Assembly (NCBI GenBank): GCA_951406725.2
Contig: OX597821.1
Coordinates: 18,662,001 to 18,726,000 of the forward strand
Reading direction: 5' to 3'
Length of the DNA stretch: 64,000 nt
DNA from: Octopus vulgaris
Taxonomy: Eukaryota
Shown: piece by piece, positions 54,831-64,000 of the stretch
Layout: each line of letters opens with the position of its first letter
Numbering within the stretch: position 1 is the first letter of the stretch
The notes under the pieces: generated by a model
Told to the model about the DNA's origin: nothing
The model's input: only the letters and a program-made list of their open reading frames with translations
Database searches by the model: none
Position numbers and translations under genes: made by a program

Positions 54831-55143
54831 CCTATTATTTCCTTCCCATATTTTGATTTGTATACAACAGATGTTGAGTCCATTAAACTGGTTCAAGGAT
54901 GTCAGAGTCAACACATTCAGATATTAATTACGACATGGTCTTTAAATACTTTATGTAGTTTTTATGCAAATTACTGGAATATTTTAACATTGTTGCAATA
55001 TGTTCTTTTGTTACTTTTGATCTGTTATTCCAGAATGGAGTCTATATTAACCGTGAGTTTGAGCGAAAGGTGAAAATACACACGTAAACTCCTTTCCACA
55101 TACGTACATTCTATCACAAACATACGCAAGCACCCTCATTTCA

Positions 55144-55298
<155 letters not shown>

Positions 55299-56165
55299 CG
55301 TCTGCCTATCTGTACTGCCGAAAAAGGCATTTTTTTTCCAAATACGCCAGCTAAACTAAGTTGTACTGTCTACTGTCTAAAACAGTGAAATTCAAAATAG
55401 ATTAAGCTGTAGATACTTTACATAGAAAAAGGAGAAGGATTCGCATGTGTAGGACACAAACCCGCATCTTCTGTAAAATGCTAGACGTTCTACTATATAT
55501 AGGACCAGAGCAATCTTTTGAAATTCACTTATAAGAAGTCCATACTTTCCCGCCCGAATTGTATGTCGTTGCCGTCCTAAGAATTGAGGAACTTCGAGAG
55601 AATGTGAAATAATTATTTCTTAGCTGTGGAACTTGAAGTACATAAGGCTATAAAAAATAATATGGGATGTAAATATTCAGTTATCTACGTATTACTATTT
55701 ATAAGTTAATCTATTTAAAATTTCACCCTTCCAACAATGAATTATTTCAAATTCTTTCGAAGTTTCTAAATCCCTAAGACTTGAACTATCCACACACGTA
55801 TTAAATCTAACTATCTATATATTCGGATACGCACATATGTATTTTTATACAAAGACGAATAGAGGTTTGTCAAATAACATACACGTTAAATTCCTGGTTT
55901 CTTGAAATTATCTCAGATTCCAGATAGTGTAGACCTAGTCTACTTTATTTAGAATTCATATCAAATCTAAATAAGTAAGAGGAAATAATAGCAAGAACCC
56001 AGCATCTTCTAAAATTGACATGCCATTAAGGAAGACAAGAAGATAGCAGTGAACACGTTTTTCTATTTTTATAGGGGTCATTATCACAACTGTGACCTAT
56101 GCAAATTGTAAGAATGAAACGAATATAAACGGAGAGAAATAACTGTGACAACTGTGATTATATAA

Positions 56166-56505
56166 CAATTGCAGCGTGGAAGGTGTTTATAAGCCATTTA
56201 AGAAACACACAAAACCGCTAGATTCACTTCAACATTTAAGTGTAATTTGTCAAAATATTTTCGTTGCTTTGAGACCGCGACCTGTTCACTGAGATGCAGT
56301 ACAAAGCTTTGTCAGTGAACAGGTCGCGGTCTCAAAGCGACGAAAATATTTTGGCAAATTTAATTTAAATGTTGAAGTGAATCTAACGGTTTCTGTGTGT
56401 TTCTTAAATTGCTTATAAACACCTTCCACACTGCAATTGCTTTCGTTCCAGCACACGATCTCAGATCAAGTCACTCGCTATGCAAGTACATCTCTGTGAT
56501 TATAT
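56166..56505. mobile_element. ~125-bp-arm hairpin with a one-sided tail (PLE-type inverted terminus)
   Basis: CAATTGCAG..GACCTGTTCACTGA (56166-56293) is mirrored at 56312-56439, followed by a ~65-bp tail. Confidence 0.7.
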
Positions 56506-56516
56506 AGTTTTATATG

Positions 56517-57480
56517 TATTGGGTCATCCTATAAATAATGGAGGGGAACTACCTGCATCAACTTGCTATAAAAGGTGGTAATTTTACCCTGTATTTATTC
56601 TTGGTGCAAGTGCTGAAGAGTGCAGTTCGATTTTAACAGATATTTTTTCAAAGCTATAATGGAAGTAGACAAAGGATTATATTTGGCATATTTTACTTAT
56701 GATTTCAATAAAGGCAACAACGTGACGGAAAGTGCGGGGAATATTAATGCAGTATATAGGAATCGGACGAAAAGCATAAGCCAGTGTCAACTATTGTTCC
56801 AGAAATTCCGAGCGGTAAACTACAGCCTAGAAGACGAGCCTCGTCCTGGAAGTTTTGTAGAGCTCGACGATGACGTCCTGCAAGCCCTGGTGGAATGAGC
56901 CGTGATTTGTGAGCTTGTAGTTCAGTTGGACTGTGGTCACAATGCAATGCAGAACATGGTGGAAAACCTTGTGTGTAGAAAAGTGATTGCAAAGTGGGTA
57001 CATCGGCAGTCAACATTTAATATGATTTGAAGCAGAGAAGGGTGGAAGTTTGCTCTGATCTGCTGGAAGCCTTTGAAGACAGACAGTGTTGTTACCAATC
57101 TTGCGACAGGGGATGAAACAAAGGGCGTGTTTTGATGAACAGGAAATGGCGTAACATCTCTTCTCCAAGGCTGAAGTTCAAGAACTAGAAATACATGGTG
57201 AATGTTTTGGAGGATGACAAGGTACTCACTGTACCTGATTTTCTGCAGCGTGGTTGTACCATGAATAGCGAGCGGTACAACGAGGCACCTAAAAAAAAAA
57301 AAGCTCGGAAAACTATTTGAAGGAGAAATCGAACCACGATCCACATTCGCCACGACAGTGCGGAACCACACACATATTTTGCAACAAATCAAGCAATCGA
57401 TAAATTGTGTGAGTCAGCGGCCACACAATCTACCGCACAACCCTAATCTGGCGCACTTTGACCACACTTTCGGTCTAATG
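56517..57480 (+). mobile_element. Decayed mariner element(s)
   Basis: Start TATTGGGTCATCC. Peptides YDFNKGNNVTESAGNINAVY..FQKFRAVNYSLEDEPRPGS, then ATGDET, HDSAEPH and PHNPNLAHFDH remnants. Confidence 0.75.
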
Positions 57481-57501
57481 AACGAAACTCTTTGGAGTAA
57501 A

Positions 57502-58156
57502 CTAGTGGTTTTCAACCGGTGTCCACATGGCCCTTTGGGGGCCCGTATATGATGTTAAAATGTGCAATATATTGGTTATGCTTCTATAATACACAAACTA
57601 TTTTAACAATTTTTTTCAATACAATTCCTGGTAATATTTAATCATAAAAATATAATATGATTCTTTAAACATTGTTTGGCTAGGAGGCCCATCCGATTAA
57701 AAGAGAAATCGAAGGGGTACATAGGTGTACCCCTTCGAAGGCGCAGGAGTGACTGTGTGGTAAGTAGCTTGTTTACCAACCACATGGTTCCGGGTTCAGT
57801 CCCACAGCGTGGCACCTTGGGCAAGTGTCTTCTAGCCTCGGGCCGACCAAAGCCTTGTGAGTGGATTTGGTAGACGGAAACTGAAAGAAGCCCGTCGTAT
57901 ATATGTATATATATGCGTGTGTGTGTTTGTGTGTCTGTGTTTGTCCCCCTAGCATTGCTTGACAATCGATGCTGGTGTGTTTATGTCCCCGTTACTTAGC
58001 GGTTCGGCAAAAGAGCCCGATAGAATAAGTACTGGGCTTACAAAAGAATAAGTCCCGGGGTCGAGTTGTTCGATTAAAGGCGATGCTCCAGCATGGCCAC
58101 AGTCAAATGACTGAAACAAGTAAAAGAGTATAGGTCAAAATGGTTGAGAAACATTG
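57502..58156. mobile_element. hAT/Charlie-like MITE interrupted by a SINE
   Basis: Ends TAGTGGTTTTCAACC and GGTTGAGAAACATTG. Confidence 0.55.
57740..58130 (+). mobile_element. SINE family A, full length
   Basis: GGCGCAGGAGTGACTGTGTGGTAAG head through the CTGAAACAAGTAAAAGAG tail. Confidence 0.87.
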
Positions 58157-58607
58157 GAGTGAACGATTTAATAACACAGTCGAAGTGAAAATACCTGTGA
58201 AGAAGTGAATAAAACAGCGCACACCTGAATTTTTCAAAGTGAATTCTAGATTTGGGTTTAAAGATGATGCAAATGTATCGTCTGTGACAGAGATTGTTCA
58301 GCAGTACTATTGTATTGCGGAATATTTTTTTTTCTGCCAGTATATGAATTTCGAATGTCAGATAATAAAAAAAGTTAGGCCAACTTTTGCATTACTTTCG
58401 GTATATACACATATATTTCTTCTTCAAATAGCAAGCTTTTATACAAAGAAATATTCTGAACATAATTGATTTTAATTGATTTATTGATAATAATATAAAT
58501 ATTTGATAATCGATAATAAAATTAATTAAAGGTTTTATATTCCTTTTTAATAAGGTGTTATCTCTTTTTCCATTTCTCAATCTGCCTATCTGTCTGTCTG
58601 TTAAAAT

Positions 58608-58695
<88 letters not shown>

Positions 58696-58707
58696 GCATG
58701 CCCTAAA

Positions 58708-58818
<111 letters not shown>

Positions 58819-59775
58819 TGTGTTTGTGTGTGTGTCCTTCTATGCATACACACACACATATATACGTGTGCGTGGGTTTGTTCTTGTGAATGTTTGTATA
58901 TTGTGATTTTGTGCGCCTTTATATATCTGTTTATGAAACGTGGAGGGAAAACAATAATACACATGTGCATACATGCATATAATATAACACATATACATAT
59001 ATATATATTCACACACACACACACACACACGCACATATGAATAAATGTATATATATATATCCATATGCATATGTATATATGTGTGTGTGCGTGTGTATGC
59101 ATTTGTGCTCGTGTATATGTTTGTGGGTGTGTGTGTTCGTGTATGTGTGTATGTGTGTGTATAAATCATAGATTGACAGACAATGAAGTACAGGTTGGCG
59201 GGTGAAGTTGAAAAATTATATTGACCAGTAAATTCAATCACCTTATTTATATCTGTTCAGTAATAGGAAATATATCGATATCAATATCGATATATATGGC
59301 TATTGTAGATAATAGATTATTTCTTCATTGAAATATAGTTCTTCATTGGTTTATTTTAGCAGGGATTAAAATAGAAAGAACTGTAATTCCATTGAAATAA
59401 TCGACATCCTTATAGAAGATAAAACAATTCGAAAGAGTTTATTAATTATCATATATTGTATTGGGTTTAGGATAAAGTTATCGGAGAATCTGATAGCAGG
59501 GTTCGAAACTTAGCAAAAGTATATTCTATATCAATACCCAGTTTATATTCTAGGAGCCTGATTGAACCTTACAACTTCACAATTGTGTCATGACTTAGAG
59601 GTACAAGTATGTTATGGGTTGTTAACAAAGGAAAAAGTACTAACTGGGTGATAATATTTTCCTCTGTTCCGAATTATATCTTTATTTTCTCTATGTAACG
59701 ACTTATTTATACCTTCGTATGTGTATATAAGTGTGTGTGTGAGTGTGTGCGCGTGTGTGGTGAATGTGTGCGTAG

Positions 59776-59877
<102 letters not shown>

Positions 59878-60025
59878 ACTACACTAATATAATTTTGCGT
59901 TTGTATGTATGTATGTATGTATGTATGTATGTATATATGTATTTGCAGATTTGTATGTTTTATGTATGTATTCTCATGCATATAGTTGCATATTTAGACA
60001 TGTTCAAATTAATATATAAATATAT

Positions 60026-61160
60026 TTAAATTATAAACTTCTGGAAAGTTTCACAGATTTTTACAATTCCTGTGATGGATTGGATCTGTAGTATTCGAAT
60101 TAGCTTTCTCCTTTCTGGTTTTGAGAAGCCTACTTTCTCAAGATTGGTATTTAGGCAGTGTGTTACGTATCCCAGGGTCCCAATAATTACAGGTATAAAT
60201 ATGAACTTGTAATCTGGATAGTGTAACTGCAGATTTCTCAATAAGTCAGCATAGGTGTTCTCTTTTTCACTGATCTTCAGTTTTGCTAACATTCACTAAT
60301 TTCCACAGCTAATTTCCACAACTGTGCACAGTTTCCCTTCTGTATCCCAAATCACTATATCAGGTCTGTTTTGCTTACATTTTATTGAGGTCTTCACTAG
60401 TACATTCTATCAGCATTCCTATTTATTATGAGTGGCTATGACTTCTACTATATTGTGGGCTTTTATTTCTTTGTTCTCGGGATTATCCTTCCGACGAATT
60501 TCATTATAGTGTCCTAGATACAACGTCATGTCTCATCGGTAGATAATACCGTGATGACATTTTCAGACAACTGCTTATGATGTGGGTGATATCTTCAGTG
60601 TGAACTCCACAAAGTCAGCATCGGTTGTCACACTTACGGTTTTACCTGCATCATTATCCCTTTTGTGTATCAGGTACTTGGCTGATATTTCCTGTTCCTG
60701 GATTGCAAACGCATGCCCTTCAAAGTGGGAGGTAGTAATCCGGTTGTTGGTCCATGATAAATTGCTTTGATGGCCGATGTTACTATCATCACAGAGCTTT
60801 CTAGTAACATATCCATGCATAGTCTTCTGCTCATATAGGCTCATCCTTTCATCTGATGCCTTCCAAGTCTTATGATGTTATCAGCCTCAAGTATGCAAAT
60901 TTGATCAAGGGATGCACTTCGACACTTGGTGGTTAAAAGATGCTGCCGAAGGGATATTACGCAACATTCAAAGGCATTTTGGATTGATGTTAAGCCGTTT
61001 CCGCCTTGTTTTCATTTTAGGTAGAGGCGGTCTACATCACAGCTTATGTGGAAATTATGTGTGCTTGTTAGTATTTTTCGGGTTTTCACATCAATGGCTC
61101 GGATCTCATCAAGCGTCCAATCAAGCAGCCCAAATTTTGGTACGAGTACTCGCACTGCAA
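60026..61160 (-). mobile_element. R4/Dong-like non-LTR retrotransposon 3' fragment (restriction-like endonuclease)
   Basis: Minus frames: WTLDEIRAIDVKTRKIL..DVDRLYLK*KQGGNGL; MHGY..EGHAFAIQEQEI; CRLCGVHTEDITHIISSC..Y..RHD; RPDIVIWD..VEIS..KISEKENTY..IPVIIGTLG. Confidence 0.85.
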
Positions 61161-61820
61161 GCACATTTTAGTCCACTGTTTTTTTGAATGCAGGGAGTTC
61201 TGAGGTCCAAATTTTCTTTATTCGGCTGTAATATTCTTTAGTGTTTTGTTACAGGTGCCACTGAAAGATATATTTTTATCCACCCCTATATACTTTTGTA
61301 TGTATGTATGTCCTATTCCTTTTTTAATTATTTCAATTTTTCCTCTGGGAAACAGCTGGTCTCTAATAAAGATACACAGCTCCAACGTTGGAATTTAGAC
61401 AACAGAAACAATATTACATTTCAAACAACTATATTTGGCCAGTTGTGTTTTAACTTGGTGGCTGGTTTTAATTTTTAGATTGTTCTTCAATTGCATGGAG
61501 TTAACCAATGCTTGTTCTTCAAAGTGAGGTTACATAAACTTGTTGGTACGCCATACGGTGTATGTGTTTGTATGTGTGTACTGTTTTACATTAAATGAAT
61601 TGGAATACAAATATGGAAAAACATCAATCTCAACTTTCAGAAATAGCAGCCAAATCATCATCAAATCATATCCTATCGCTTCATAAAAGTACAAACGTAT
61701 TGGATACAAGTTGCGTGTATAAAAAAGGCGGACAGTCATGATTAGAATGTTTTTGATCATTGATTTGTTCAGTTTTGACTGACCTGGGGCAAATAACAAC
61801 CACCACCACCACCACCACCA

Positions 61821-61893
<73 letters not shown>

Positions 61894-62069
61894 GAGTGCT
61901 TGAAGTGATGTATAAATATTGGATATTGAGAAAAAGAGGGAAAAAATATCAAAATTTTGATTTTGATTTTGTCTTGACGACTTCGTAAACGAACGAAAGC
62001 GCTATTAAAGAATTATCCAAAATTCTCCTTTTTCTTAATATAATACACACAAACATACATTCATATCTA

Positions 62070-62200
<131 letters not shown>

Positions 62201-62283
62201 ACATACATACATACATACATATATACATACATACATATATACATACATACATACATACATACATACATACATACATACATACA

Positions 62284-62318
<35 letters not shown>

Positions 62319-62320
62319 GC

Positions 62321-63243
62321 GAGGATGATCCGGATCTTGACTGAAGATTAGAGGCTTCGAATGACCCGTCCGTTTTTTTTGTGTCGTCTATTTGAATGTT
62401 TTGCGTTCTTGTCCCATTTTGTATTTTCATATATATTTTTTATACATATATTATTGCGGCGTAGCGTATACCTTGTTCTCTTCTATGTATGTAAGCATTC
62501 CACTACTTGTACGACTTCTACACACACTTTCTCTATACTTCACTGGTCTCTGTCTTTCTCTTTTCTAGCCTCTGATTCTTTGGTCTCCTCTTCCCCCACT
62601 CTCTCACATTTCTCTGTCTTTCTCACTTTGCACCTCACTGACCCTGCCTTTCCGTTGTCCCGCCAATCCTTGGCACGCTCTCTTTCTTCTCCCCTCTTTA
62701 ATTCCTTCTTTCTCTCTCTTCTCCCCCTCTTTGGTGCCTTTGTCCCTCTTTTTCTCTCTCTCTTTGATTCCTTTGCCCCTTTTTTTACTCTCTCTTCTCT
62801 TCTCACGTGACCGCCGGTCAACTAGCCTTTCGGCTTCTGAGCACCGCCACGACAACATCGATTTCTTCGTCTGCCGTAAGGCATTATTTTCCAAATACGC
62901 CAGCTAAGCTAAGTTGAACAGTCTAAATCGAAAGGCACCTGTTGTTTTTGTCCTGTTATTATTATTATTGTTTTTTGTATTTATATTCGTGTGGCATCGT
63001 CCGTTTTTCTGTCCTTGTTTCGTATACATTCGATCCTTTTTCCAAGAAATTTAATGCTCATAGCTTAGTTTTTCCTTGGGGCTGGCCGGATCGGAGCGAT
63101 CTCAAGATTAATCAGCCGAAATTATGAGGATGATCCGGTTCTTGATTGAAGATTAGAGGTTTCGAATGACCCGTCCGTTTTTTGTGTCGTCTATTTGAAT
63201 GTTTTGCGTTCTTGCCCCATTTTGTACTTTTATATATATTTTT

Positions 63244-63248
<5 letters not shown>
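62321..63248 (+). mobile_element. Non-coding element with ~120-bp direct terminal repeats (805-bp period), PLE pLTR-like
   Basis: GAGGATGATCCGG.TCTTGA.TGAAGATTAGAGG.TTCGAATGACCCGTCCG.. occurs at 62321 and 63126. Microsatellite flanks. An internal motif at 62885-62925 recurs at 55330-55372. Confidence 0.65.
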
Positions 63249-63307
<59 letters not shown>

Positions 63308-63351
63308 CATACATATACATATACATATATATTTATATATATATCTATACA

Positions 63352-63617
63352 TGCGACGGGTTTCTTTCATTTTCCGTCTGACAATATGAATGTGTGTTTG
63401 CATTTGCGCTAGTGTTTGTCTCCCAACACTGCTTGACAACCTGTACAGGTTTGTTAACGTCCTCGTAATTTAACGGTTCGCTATATGAGTGCGATAGATT
63501 AAGTAACTAACTTTAGAAAAAAAAATACTGGGGTCGATTCGTTCGACTAAAGCAATTCAAGATGGTGTCCCAGGATGGTCGCATTACAATGACTGAAACA
63601 AGTAAAATATAAAAGAT
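63352..63617 (+). mobile_element. SINE family A, old 3' part
   Basis: TGCTTGACAACC..GGGGTCGATTCGTTCGACTAAA..AATGACTGAAACAAGTAAAA. Confidence 0.7.
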
Positions 63618-64000
63618 ACAAATCATACTATAGCCGAATAAAAATATGGGATGGTCACGGCTAGAAGCGATAATCTGGTATTAAGCGAAAAGAATTATCA
63701 AAAACATAAGTATTTTCTCATCTAAAAGAATTCAATAATCTTATTTTACATTTTTAATTTAATTTGTCGAAACTGAGTATAAAATTCCTTAGAATTATTC
63801 AGACAATTTATTGATTGTTCTAAAGCGTATTGTTTCCTTGTATCTACGAAAGAATAAAATATTTTAATAATTCAATAGATTTTAAATATTTTAATTAAGG
63901 ATTTCGGTATTGGCAAAGGATTAGAACTGGATATACTCATTAAACCTTTCTCTACCCCAGTATTTTAATTATATATGTATGTGTACGTGTGTGCATGTGT

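Noticed and set aside
54324-54856. Pro/Thr/His-rich mucin-like ORFs
   Set aside because: Degenerate (CAC)n tract open in several frames on both strands; no domain or splice evidence.

Overview
Eukaryotic, AT-rich, microsatellite-saturated genomic DNA. The repeat content suggests a cephalopod (octopus-like) genome, which is an inference. No host exon, functional tRNA/rRNA or CRISPR array is supported, and almost all short ORFs are translated microsatellites or antisense frames of transposons. The window is a transposon graveyard. It holds three copies of a Tx1/L1-clade LINE (one near full length), each embedded in a (TCTA)n array in the same orientation, and a young 5'-truncated CR1-type LINE. 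It also holds RTE and R4/Dong-like LINE fragments, about seven decayed Tc1/mariner elements, several MITEs, three or more tRNA-derived SINE families and many Penelope-like (PLE) fragments with inverted termini. The three most interesting observations are: (1) a (TCTA/GATA)n-targeting Tx1 family; (2) a non-coding ~490-bp tandem unit carrying a complete type I hammerhead ribozyme, covarying between two loci (retrozyme-like, possibly producing circRNA); (3) a SINE whose 3' tail is homologous to the Tx1 3' end. All analysis was by eye; repeat boundaries are approximate and family names need database confirmation.
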